Shown here one piece after another: positions 1 through 11,300 of a DNA stretch of 64,000 nt (position 1 is the first letter of the stretch; each line of letters starts with the position of its first letter). The stretch is taken from assembly GCA_900617105.1 (NCBI GenBank), contig UYFQ01000651.1:1-64000 (forward strand). The letters are read 5' to 3'. This DNA is from Hydrurus foetidus. Lineage: Eukaryota. Both the position numbers and the translations under genes were made by a program. Under the pieces are notes generated by a model, which ran no database searches, was not told the DNA's origin, and saw nothing but the letters and a program-made list of their open reading frames with translations.

Positions 1-3000
1 TACCAACAAATTTTAAATCGGCATAGCCAAGGTAACATTTGGATGGTTTAAGGATCATTTTATGGAGACGAACGCGAGAAAAGAATTCTCGCAGTCGTGC
101 AACAAAGTTGTCAGGACTGTTTCCAAAAATGTTAACGTCATCGATATAAATTTCTAAAATTCTATAAAGTAACGTATTTAACACTTCAGTAGCAATCATC
201 TCTTGAAAATAAGAAGGTGCTTGCTTTAGACCAAAAGGTAGTCTAGTAAACTGATAGACACCACTATATAATATAAACGAAGTATATTTTTTAGTAGCGA
301 GTGTTAATGCGGCTTGATGGTATGCTTGAGCAAAATCCACCGTGCCAAAGATTGTCGGTTTCTGAGAACCGATTCTCTGTAACATTTCCGTTATGTTCGG
401 TACGGGCCAAGAGGCATGTTCCGTACATTCGTTCAAGTTACGGTAATCTATAACGAATCTTTTAGATCCGTCAGCCTTAGTTACTAAAAATCCTTGGCTA
501 TAATAAGCCGCAGTGGATTTCTCAATAATACCCTGCTCAATGAGGATATTTAATTGTCTAGTAATCTCCTTCTGATTGGCTGCTGATTGAGGTCTAGGTG
601 GTTGTCTATTTTTAGAGACACGCCACTTAGGGTCCTGAACAACCAGATCAAAAGGAGGAATAGAAGCAGGCTGAGATGAAAGTGTATTTGAAAAGATATC
701 TCTGTATTCAATACAGAGTAGTCTAATCAACTCCTGAAGTTCAGGAGTACCCGATATGTTAATCAGGGATACTGGGTCAACCGGTTCCGGATTGGTATCC
801 GGTAACCAAGGTGAAAAGGTACTAGCCTCATGTTCACCGATTTCATCATCATCTGGCATAGCCAGTTGAGATGTATTCTCGGATTGAATGACGAGAGAAG
901 CTAGTAGACCTGATACAATAACCCTTTGGGGTGTTACTGAGGTCGCTGCCCTGTGCACTATATTAGTCGATGCTAATTGACTAGGCAACTCGAGGAATAT
1001 TTGTGATTCCCGAATTGTCACTCGTCCGATCACAACATCGACTGAAGACTTGTTTAAAATAATTGCTTTGAAATTTAAAAAAGTATTTTTATTTAAACGT
1101 TCAGAAAAGTAAGTCATTTTCAAATTTATAGACTTAGAAATGTTATAACATTTTCCATCTAAGGCTGAACAAACAGTCAGTGTCTTGTCGAAAATAATAA
1201 ATTCTTCTAAATGAAAATTCTTAATTACACGCATGGCAACAAAATTGCCGGCGAGCGATCCCGTATCGATCAGCACTTGGACTTCATTTCTTGGCTGGCT
1301 GGGCTGTGACACATAGGTGACAGTAGCAGTTAGAAAGTCGGCTGACGAAAGGTTCGTAAGAGCTCCCAATATGGAAGAAGGAATAACAACATCAGTGAAA
1401 CTAATAGTTGATGATAACTTACTTGTCTTCTTTAAGCTCTTTTGCTTAGTGACCGGCTTAGACGGACCCTCCGGTACAGCCGAGGCTGACGCGGTAGCAG
1501 TAGAAGAAGAGAAGAAGAGGAGGTGGTAGGCACGTACGCTCCTCTTGCAACCAATGCATCAGGGTAATCCTTTTTCAGTTTCTTAAATGCATTGCTATCA
1601 GCATATGCACTGTCAGAAGAATTGAAGTAGGGTGATGCAGTAAATCTACACACAGAGATAGTGTGATTAGATCTTCCACAACCAACACAGACCTGTAAGG
1701 TGCGAGTGGTTGAGGGATTCGAAGACTTTGCAGTCTTCGCGGACTTAGCACGTGGTTTGATGGTGTCCTCATCAGGCTCAGCAGCGCGTTTGGAGATAGG
1801 CTTATCTTTAGAACGCGTAGCTGGGCCTGGAGTAACCTCATAACCAGCAGCCCGAAGCTCGTTAGCTGAGTTTCTGAGAGTAGTCAGTTGCGTCCACCAA
1901 ACGAATCGAAAATCTTTCAAATCGTTGATTGGAACAGTCTCACCGTTCACCTTGCGGCGTAAGATGAGCTGCCAATTGACGGGGTGGGTAGGCAACTGAC
2001 GCTCTAGAATCTTAACAGCCTTAAGCTGTTCCTCAGCAGTAGTGCTGGGAAATTTGCTACCAATGCACCAAGGGCAGTATCGTTACAGGAGTCAGTCTCA
2101 ATATTGTTCAAATCAAATCTGAAATTGAACGATGAGACTTGCTCGAGGAACGATGCCTGACCCAAAGGTGTATCGATGGACTCATCAGGTACTGCCTTGA
2201 GGAGTTCTTTGCAGAATCTCTCGGTAGTCCATGACTTCCACTCTTCGCACTCGTCGCGAATTGCTCTCTCAGTGCAATACTGCCTTTGCAGGAGTGTTAC
2301 AAGAGATTGCTCGACGTCTAATGGTACCACGTCAAGAAACGTATAGGGGCAACCATTCTTGCGAAGGTCATTGGTGATGCTTAAAACTTCCAGATGAGTT
2401 GGAACCTTGCTGAGCTTTCTAACCTTTTCATGAGGTAATAGATAGCGAGCAGCAAGGTTTGAAACAACAACATCGTCAGTAACACCACCAACGGTAGCAA
2501 AAGTTGCAACACTCTGAACATTTCTGTTCATGGCATTGCTGTCTGAAGTGAGCAACAGGGAATCGGTTTGCACCGGGTTTGCAGGCAAAACTGCGGCAGA
2601 TAACACAGACAGCACAGGCAAAGCAGGCAAAACATCACGCACAATGACAGGTGTCGGCGTGATGTCGGTGGCGGCGATGGCGGTGATGGCGGTGGTGTCG
2701 GCGGTGGCGGATGTCCTCGTAGATGATGGTGATGATGGCGCTGGTGGCGAAAGCACCGGCTCCAAAGATACTCCATCCACTCGCTGGGGAAGTTGTTGAT
2801 GTTCAACAGAGACTTCTCCCGCTTGGGATATCGCTAGATCCGCTGGCAGAGCTCCAGATGGGGCGGAAGATGGCTGCAAAAAATTTTGCAAGGGGTTTCC
2901 CCCTCCCACGCCGGGGGCCAAATTCGAAGAGGGGTTAGAGGCGACAGATAGGTTAGCTGCGACGTCAGTCGCAGCAAAAGATGGATCTGGAAGCGAGGGA

Positions 3001-3158
3001 GGATTCGCCGAGTCGGAATCTCCCGTTGTGCTAGCGTCCGGAATGATGGCGACGTTTTCGACGGTGACGTCGATTGATGGCGCTTCCTGAGAAATCGACA
3101 GGGGAGCCGTCGAAACGGCCGATACCCTGGAAAGTCTTCGTCGGTTGCTGGAAACCAT
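1..3158 (-). CDS. gag-pol polyprotein (gag, zinc knuckle, aspartic protease, RT), split by two -1 frameshifts near 2050 and 1510
   Basis: ORFs 2004-3158 and 1432-1995 (CVGCGRSNHTISVC) plus a third frame from ~1515 to base 1 in which DTGS (D codon 1267-1265) and YIDD are in the same frame. Confidence 0.88.
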
Positions 3159-3259
3159 ACTGGTGATCAGTGCCAGATGGTCGTCGGATGTCGGCGGTTG
3201 AAAAATCTATCTATCTCTCCAGTAACGAGAGTTCGTCTAACAACTCTCAATATTAATAT

Positions 3260-3634
3260 TGTAGTCGCGGCCGGATTCGAGTACGAAGAATCCGGGTAAA
3301 GACGGTATGCTGGAGTAAACTGTTAGGTTAGTTACAGTTTGTGAAAGAAGCGAGCAAGCAGCTAACAACAGACACAAACGATAGGCTACAAGGGTGCTGA
3401 TGCTGATGAGCGTCCGTTACCGGTGGACAGTTGATGTGGATGAAAATAGACTATGGGTGCGTGAATTATATACATACGTGAATATATACAAACGTGTGAA
3501 TATACATACGTGAATATATACAAACGTGTATAAAGTGTACGGTGAACGTACGTGCTAGGCTACACTACCATACATCTACAAGCACGTATGTACCGTCAGA
3601 GGGTCCGGGGTCCGGAGACCCCGGAACCACTACA
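3260..3634 (-). repeat. Putative 5' LTR of the gypsy element (375 bp)
   Basis: Inverted termini TGTAGT...ACTACA; sits just upstream of gag; its outer end truncates the neighbouring RT ORF. Partner LTR is outside the window. Confidence 0.8.
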
Positions 3635-4835
3635 CCGTCTTGTCGTCAGCTACTGCTGTTGACCCGAGTAAGGAGATGCAGACTTCTCTCGCAACTGCGA
3701 GGTCCTGCACTAGGTCGTCTTCAAAGCAGACACCTATGATGTCGTCGACATACATCTCTACCGCACTCTTAAGGGTGTGGGACAGCTCCCACTTAATGGC
3801 ACGTGTCACCGTCTGAAAAGCGGCTGGAGTGCACGCCCACCCGAAGATACCAGCAATCTGTAGGTACACAAGGTCACCAGTTAATTCCATTCCAAATAAT
3901 CCCGTATCCTCCGGGCGGAATGATAATAGGGTGTATGCACCCTTAAGGTCCATTTTCCACAGGCGAAGTTTGCTCCACTGAACGGTTGAATCCGCTTCTA
4001 CGGCCTTCTCCCAGAAGGAGATCATCATACAGACTATCCCCGCGATGGTTGGATGTCTGATGGCACCATATAGCTCCGCTGCTGCCGCTGTCGTTTCCTC
4101 ACTGTTCAAGGGGGTGCCCGTCACGTACGTAAGGTCCCCTATCGGCCGTCCACTTGGTTTTCCCTTCTTTGGTGCCCAGTGTGCGGCGCCCAAGTGCAGG
4201 TTTGGAATGTAGCGCAATGCCATCGCTTTTGGTAGCAAGAAGGCCAGCTTCTGTTCCACTATCCCGCCCAGCATCTTATTCACCGCTGAACTCACTTTGA
4301 GGTAGGTGCTTCTCAATGCTGCAATTGGTAAAGTGCCGTTCGGCTTAAAATCGGCCGGGAGAGGTACACGCATCCCGATTGCAAGATCCAACAACAGCTC
4401 TCTCTCGGGGTTGTCTGCGCGTAGGCGCTCAACCCTTGCTCGACTGAGTCTATCGCTCGACAGCAGCTTCAGTCTTCGCGAAACCATCGCGACGAAGTCA
4501 AGCTGAGCAGCTTGGAAACACCGCACGTCACTCTCGATCATTTCGCGTGGGAACGTGTACTTTTCAGCCCAAGCCACTGCAGCATCCACACCGTACTGGT
4601 CATCGGATGCTATCACCGCCTCTGTCATCAAAGCCTCAAGGAACGCATTAGGGAGACGATCCCCCTGGGGAAAATATGAATTCGCCATTTTGATCATCTC
4701 CTTCACCAGTGCTCGCGGAAAGCAGGGGTCGAGTGCGGTACTGACTATATCAACCTCCTCGACTAGTCCCCCGCTCTTCACTGGGGCATCAGTCTTACTG
4801 ACCTCTGTGTCGGACCTCCGACTCCCCTCAGGCAG
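3635..4835 (-). CDS. Reverse transcriptase of DIRS/Ngaro type, truncated at C-terminus
   Basis: PKKGKPSGRPIGDL, LWKMDLKGAYTLL, GIFGWACTPAAF, MYVDDIIG; ends at ...ADDKTV at the gypsy LTR junction. Confidence 0.88.
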
Positions 4836-6571
4836 TCATACATGGGTCTTGCCGTTTCTGATTTTACCGAGAGCCTCTATGCAGTGCTGGCGGAACCGCA
4901 GCGCTAGGGTAGCCGCCGTTGACGCTTTCTTCGCCTGCGTCCAGGTAGTGATGTCTTCGTGACGATACCTGCATGCTTCTCCAAATGCGCACGCGAACGT
5001 ATGGTTCGTCTTTGGGTTCACTACCCTGAGCTGTCCTGCGAAATGTTCACCACACACCATATCGGGATTACTGCCTGGAGAGCCTGATGCTAGCCCCGCT
5101 GGCCTCCCCTTCATCTCTGCCTTTGCCTTTGCCTTTGCCTTTGCCTTTGGCGCTACCACTTTGGCTGCATTGCTCACCTTGGTCCTGTTCTCTCGTAGCT
5201 GATACCAAGCCATGGCTTCGCTCAGCTTCTCCTGAGTGTCAATCGTGCTGGAGAACTCCTGGAGTACCGCACTCAGCCGAGCTGCACAGTTAATTGGTGT
5301 ACTGATGTCCCTTAGACCCGCATTTGCTACCGTGGTTGCCATTCGTAATGCTCTGAAGTATTTTGACAAGACTATGTCCACGGAGTGCAGGAGGAACCCT
5401 GAGGGTGCAACTCCATAGGCCGTTGGAGACCTTCCAGCTGATCTATGAATGCGGTGGTAGTGCCTCTAAAGGCCGCACCGTAAAACACGGAGAGACTTAG
5501 ATCCATGTTTCTGAAAGCGGTGACAAGCGCCATGTTTTGATTCGGACACGGCGTTACCTCCACGGGGATCTTAATTGACCTTCCTGCGAACTTCTGCAGA
5601 TTCAGTGCATCGGCCGTGGACCCTCCGAAGTCTCCCGTTAATAGCTTTTTCAAGAGAGGCATATCGGAGGAGAAGCCCAGATTCCAGATTCGGTCCAGTA
5701 GACTGCAGCACTCGAAACCGACGTCCCTCTCGCTCGCTCGAGAGATGGACTGCTCACTGATGACCCTTGCATACTCCTCAACCTGGAGTATGCACTCCGT
5801 ACCCATGATGTATGGCCATCTCTCCCTTTCGCACACTCTAAATACTACCCCTAACTCCTTCTCCCTCTCAGCCATATCTTTCTTCACCCGCGTAGGGTTT
5901 ACTCCCCCCTCTAGGTCGATCAGCATTAGCTTGCTGCTCTGCTTCTCACCTTGGTTCTGCACTCCCACTCCATCCTGCAGGCCACCACGCATCCTCTTGT
6001 CCAGATGATCCTCATCGGTATCTGCCACTGAAGTCTCCATCTCGTGGGCCCTCTTCAACTTCGCACTCAACCCTTCGGCGTGCCTCATGGCCACCTCCTC
6101 AAGCTCTTCTACAACAGCAAGGAAACTCGATGGAGTTGCTACGTTGACTCGGGCTCCGACCAGCGACACATCGGCCGGCGGCTCTCCGCTACCAGCTGTC
6201 CCAACGAGCATTGCGTACGTCTTTGTACTAGTCGGCTTTCCTCTCAGTTGCCAAAGTTGGACTAGCGAGCTGTCTAGGAATGCCATGGTCAACATCTGCC
6301 CTTCTGGTGGCATAAGTGCCGGGAGAATGAAGAAGGACTTAGTTGCCATGTCTTGCCACGGCTGCATCCGAGCGTTGAAGCTCAGACGCAGGAATCCTTC
6401 ACCATCGTACCCATCACGTTTGAACAGTGCAAGAGCATTCAGCGACTCTACTGCCGCATTTGGTAGGGTGCCGTACTCCGGAAGGGACAGCGCCTTCGAC
6501 ATCGCGACGAGCGCTGCTGCAGCCTTTGCTGATCTGCTACTTTCAGTTTCAATATCAAAAACTTCTGTCAT
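4836..6571 (-). CDS. gag-like protein with C-terminal CCCH zinc finger (one -1 frameshift near 5408)
   Basis: ORFs 5372-6571 and 4836-5381 join if one G is restored (TTG GCA CCC TCA = LAPSGFLLHSVDIVL); motif CGEHF...CAFGEACRYRH. Confidence 0.7.
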
Positions 6572-6591
6572 TTGAAAAAGACTTTTTAGCT

Positions 6592-7278
6592 TTAAATTTC
6601 GTCACCCGAATCTTCCCGTCCATCTACTTGCGATGCCTTATAATCACTGACCTTCTTACGTATCGCCAACCATTTAGATTGATATGGTGAATTTGCTAGA
6701 GTGTTATTTGGCGTTGCACGTACTCGACCAAAATTCTTCCCCATCAGAGAAGGTATATGAACCAACCACAATTTGCTGATGGGTATTAACTTTTTGTTCT
6801 GTGACTTCTTTGAGTCAGTTTCCCAAGACTTATACGACTTGATCAAATCAATCTGCTCTGCAGTTGACCACACTGACCGGGCAGTCTGGAGCGGGAAAGT
6901 CTTATCGCCAATTACAATAATTGACTCTGTTGTCGATGTGATTACTGGAGCAGATTTCGACTTCATGGATTTGCTTTTAGAGGTGACGTTCGACTGTGTT
7001 ACCGTCGTGTTACATCGAATCATCTTTTCTGCTGTCTCTGCCGCCGTATCAGCTTGAATTTGAGCATTTGTTCTCCGGATTTTCTTCTTCTTGACAACAG
7101 GAGTGAAGAATGATGCCTCATCTGATGGAGCAGTAGATGATGCGCTGGCGATCGTCACGGTGCTCTCGAGAACATCGATATGAGGCATCGACATGGATTT
7201 TTCGCTGCCACCGGATTCAGATCCAAAGCACGTTGAAATGCCGTCAGAACTGTCGTCCGACAGAAAATTGACTGACAT
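6592..7278 (-). CDS. Myb/SANT(trihelix)-like DNA-binding protein, possibly transposon-derived and truncated
   Basis: S/T-rich N-terminus, KKKKIRR basic stretch, then WSTAEQIDLI...LW...YQSKWLAIRKK with the spaced Trp pattern of Myb/SANT-like domains (as in PIF/Harbinger accessory ORFs). Confidence 0.5.
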   Translation of the reverse strand: MSVNFLSDDSSDGISTCFGSESGGSEKSMSMPHIDVLESTVTIASASSTAPSDEASFFTPVVKKKKIRRTNAQIQADTAAETAEKMIRCNTTVTQSNVTSKSKSMKSKSAPVITSTTESIIVIGDKTFPLQTARSVWSTAEQIDLIKSYKSWETDSKKSQNKKLIPISKLWLVHIPSLMGKNFGRVRATPNNTLANSPYQSKWLAIRKKVSDYKASQVDGREDSGDEI

Positions 7279-7557
7279 CTCGGAGCGTCAGTATGGGCTT
7301 CAAGAATTGACTGTTCTGGTTAGTGTGCTGCCCAATGCAACGAAGATCAGATTTATCTGTCAAACTCCATCAACTCTTGATTTTTACCCTCAGCTCAACC
7401 TTTTAACTTTTAGAAACAAGAGTTGGGAAAAGAGTTTGCGAAATCAACGTAAAATCTGAGATTGAGTTTTTTAACCACATTTTTAGCCTGCGTTTCTTGT
7501 TTCTTGCGAGTTGGAATCAGGCCAAATGTCGGATGTCGGAGAAAGTCGGAGAAAGTG

Positions 7558-7836
7558 TGTTGGAAATCTGGGCGATTTACACGGAATTTCTTCCGAGTTC
7601 CCAAACGATCCCTGCACTTCCGACTGCTAGCAACGCTTGCTCAAAAGAGAAAAAGACGTTCTATTCGGTAAGTTGGATTAAACGACAGTGACATGCTGTC
7701 GATTACATCTAGGTAGCATAACATGAGTGCGAGGGTTGCGGTCAATGCTATCGCTGAATGTACGTACACCCGTGCATGAAAACAATCATACATCACACAG
7801 GGTACAAGATCCTAGTCTAATCCGGATATCACAACA
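7558..7836 (-). repeat. 3' LTR of copia element
   Basis: Direct repeat of 13312-13590. Confidence 0.98.
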
Positions 7837-7843
7837 CACCCCC
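7837..7843 (-). promoter_or_regulatory. Polypurine tract
   Basis: GGGGGTG on the minus strand immediately before the 3' LTR. Confidence 0.8.
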
Positions 7844-8347
7844 ATGATGGTTATTGTTTGAATAAGTGAATATGTTAATTAGCATATGCTTATATAGTAT
7901 ACTTATTGGTTATTGTTCATAATGTTTCACACAACACTCAGATAGGGAACTTAGTGTTAGGGTATGGTAAACAGTAAATTTTCTTAAAAATATTTTTCAC
8001 GGAATTTTTTAATATTGACAAGTTGCGTCGTGATATGGTGTAAAATAAAACATGGGTGGTTGGATTAGCGGGTAAGTATTACTCGAGAAAAACTATTTCT
8101 AAACCGTCAAAAAAGCCTCAGCTGGTGACCGGTCTCGAGTTCGATCCAACCGATGTTGGTGCCCTTAAATCCGCTAAAACGTCGACATTCGATGTCGCAA
8201 AAGCGGTGCATCGATGTCCCTCGCGGTCCTATCAAACAAATGTTGATTTAAAGCGAAATCAGATTTTTATTTTTATTTTGTAATTTATCTGGAAAAAGCG
8301 CTATAAGTGGGTAAGTCAAAATCAATAAATAACTCCCCTGAATTTCT

Positions 8348-11300
8348 TTATACATTGAGCACTTGGTCGCGTAGCTCTTGGAATAGCTTCCCCTGCAGTG
8401 GCTTGGTCAGCAAATCTGCAATCATTTCTTTAGTACTCTTGTAGGTTACAATAATATGGTCTGATTTAATTCGGTCATGCAGGAAGAAAAACTTGATGTC
8501 TATGTGTCTAGTTCTTTCACTGTTGGACCTACCGTTCTTAACTAACTGAATTGTGGATAGGTTATCTTGGTAGATTAAAGCTGGACCTACCTCATACTCT
8601 TGATGGATAAGGAAATTCCTAGTCCATAAAACCTGATTACCTGCTTCAGTCATAGCTACTAGTTCTGCCTCTGTGCTAGACGTAGTATTTAATTTCTGAG
8701 TGGAACTCTTACCATATATTGCTCCCTTACCTAGTGTTATAATACAGCCAGTGTGACTCTTCTTATCTGCATGTACAGCGTATGATGCATCTATATAGGC
8801 TATAACCTTAACCGGAGTATCTACCTCTAGGGTCAGCGGCGTAGCTCTAGTCTCTCTGATATACCGTATAGTATGCGCTAACTTATTCCAGTCGTCGGTT
8901 CTAGGTTCTAAGACTCTTTTAGTTAGATATGCTATACATGTCAGTATGTCTGGTCTGGTTCTCTTACTTAAATATAACAACTTAGCTGTTAGTGAGTGGA
9001 ATCTCTCACGTTCTTTATCTTTCAATAAAGGACTGTTAAGATCGATCTTGAATAGATTATCGTCGGCAGGTGTTCTAGACACCCCCACAATCTCTATGCA
9101 ATCGTCTAACAAGTCTTTTATGAAACCTTCCATGGATATGACAACTCTGCCTAACTGCTCAAAGTTAAAAGTCATACCTATATAATTCAACACTCTACCT
9201 CTACTCTTAGTCAAGCCTGGGTATAGTTTTCTATCTCTGAAATTATACTATCTATACGCTTCTCATCCCTACTGCTGATCATCATATCATCAACATGGAT
9301 AACTAAAGTAGTCTGAGTGGAATCTAGCTCAGTCCTATTGAATACACATATGTCTGATGGATTTACCTTATAGCCTAACTGTGTTAAGTCTGATGATATT
9401 TTATCGTACCATAACTTAGCTGACTCTACACATCCATATAATGCTTTCTTAAGCTTAACTACTACTGTTCCTTTCTCATTTACATACTTCTGATAGGACT
9501 TGTCAATGCTAACTAATATGTTAGTCAAATATTTATTCAGTCTCATCAGCACTGCATGGTCACCGTCTAGTGGCATATCACTGTTGAGGAATGCACCAGG
9601 AAAATCGATCGTAGCGACCGCTCGATTTTCACTAGCAGCAATTGCAGCAACAATAAATACGCTAGTGGTGCTAACAGTTGGTGATGAACCGTTATCATAT
9701 ATATTTCTATCTTGTAAATGACCTCCTGCTACAAGTCTAGATTTTAGCTTATCAAATTTACCATCTGCTGTATACTTATCTTTTAAAAACATACTGCTGG
9801 TTATGATACTTTTCCTCTGATTGTAACTAAGACTGTTGAGGTGAACTGCCTCCCACACATTCTTATCACACATCTGTTGTAACTCTTTTTAATGGAATCT
9901 ACGGCTATCTCGCCTAATTTCTGTACTCCTTCTGTTACGGTCATGTTCATCATGTACTTACACATAACTGAATCTTTGTAGCTAGGTATACTTAAACCTA
10001 CTAATCTCTTGTTCCATCTACCTGGCTGATGGTTTCTAGCACTACGTCTGGGTTGTTTATCTAGAATTTCCTCTGACTTGCTATTTTCTGTGGTGGGGGT
10101 ATCTACCTCATCATCACTGTCTACACCAAATATATCATTCATTAATGCATCGGGGTCAGTTGGTGTATCGTCATACACTACATCCTCTCCTTCATTAACG
10201 TATATATCATTTGGTATGTATTCTGTTAATTGTTCGAACTCTGATTCGTAAGCTACATCAGAATTGCCATCGTATGAGTCAAAATTATTTGCTATCTCAT
10301 GATGCACAAATTCGTCTTCTGTGGGATAACTATACGGTGTTATCATGTCAGGTGTCTGCAACTCAAATTCATCGTTGGAGTAATCATTTCCATCGTCTTC
10401 GAGGATTTGATTACTCTGTTCGAAAATAGGTTGCTTGACATTCACTGACATATTTAATTTCCTCTCAGATGCTAACTTATCGAGGTAACTGATCACATCA
10501 TCTGTCATGGGTAGGCTAGTAGCCTTTGTCCTCTTCACTACTTTTAAGTTAGCTAACAGCAGATAATACCATGAACCTTCTAGGTTGCCTGCACTAACTA
10601 ATGCTATTGCTGCCTGTGATCTGGGTTTAGTCGAGTTGTCCACGGAGTCGGTATGTACTTGTACGTAATCACCGAAACCGTGTTTCAACTCCTTATCTAC
10701 GTTAATCTTTCTACCGTATAATTTCTCTCTGGGGCTGACGTAAGCTACACTGTTTCTAGTTGGTACTAAATTTAATCTGTTCACAACATATCTAAGTAAC
10801 CAACTTTCTAGTAGCTCACTCAGTGAAAAAGGTACCGTGTTGATGATGGCACGAACACGTTCCTTGATCACTCTGATCTTCCTCTCAACTACAGCTACTG
10901 CTTCTCCTGCTCCAGTACTGTCTAATATAATACCTAGTGCGGCTAGCTTACTCTCAAAACTTATAGTGTTAACTGCCGACTCTCCGTCTATTCTTATCAT
11001 AGTTATCTTAAATCCATACTTAGTAATGTGATGTATGTTGCTCTCTAAGTTCATCCATAAGGAAGACTTATTTTTACGTGAGAGTTTACATATCATCACA
11101 TATTCTAAGGGATTTGTAACTGTGACTAGATAGGGTATCGAGTTCACAAACATCAAATCTATGTACATAACCTGGTTCAGGAACTGCCTATCTACAACTG
11201 GCATCTCTTCCTCTAACTCAGTTTTGTGACTAGTTGTTTTCCCCTTAAGGGAACCCAAATCTGGTCCAAAAATATCTAATGCTCTAACTACATCTTGCGC

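Larger units (their letters stand above)
1..3634 (-). mobile_element. Ty3/gypsy LTR retrotransposon, 5' part (continues beyond left edge)
   Basis: Minus strand order LTR, gag, CCHC knuckle, protease (LIDTGS), RT (VDFAQAYHQ, RLPFGLKQA, YIDD at 148-137). Protease directly followed by RT is the gypsy order. Confidence 0.93.
3635..6591 (-). mobile_element. DIRS/Ngaro-type (tyrosine-recombinase order) retrotransposon, 5' part, interrupted by the gypsy insertion
   Basis: GC-rich block with gag-like ORF ending in a CCCH finger followed directly by RT, with no protease motif. RNase H and recombinase are not in the window. Confidence 0.75.

Noticed and set aside
3260..3300. tRNA-like 3' half (TCGAATCCGGCCGCGACTA) at the gypsy LTR end
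   Set aside because: No cloverleaf or intact GTTCG T-loop; explained by a local hairpin.
7410..7691. Short ORFs across the copia 3' LTR, and the TTG start at 13358
   Set aside because: LTR sequence; the likely gag start is ATG 13256.
8056..8283. Antisense ORF in the copia 3' UTR as an env-like gene
   Set aside because: 75 aa, non-ATG start, no transmembrane or other motif.
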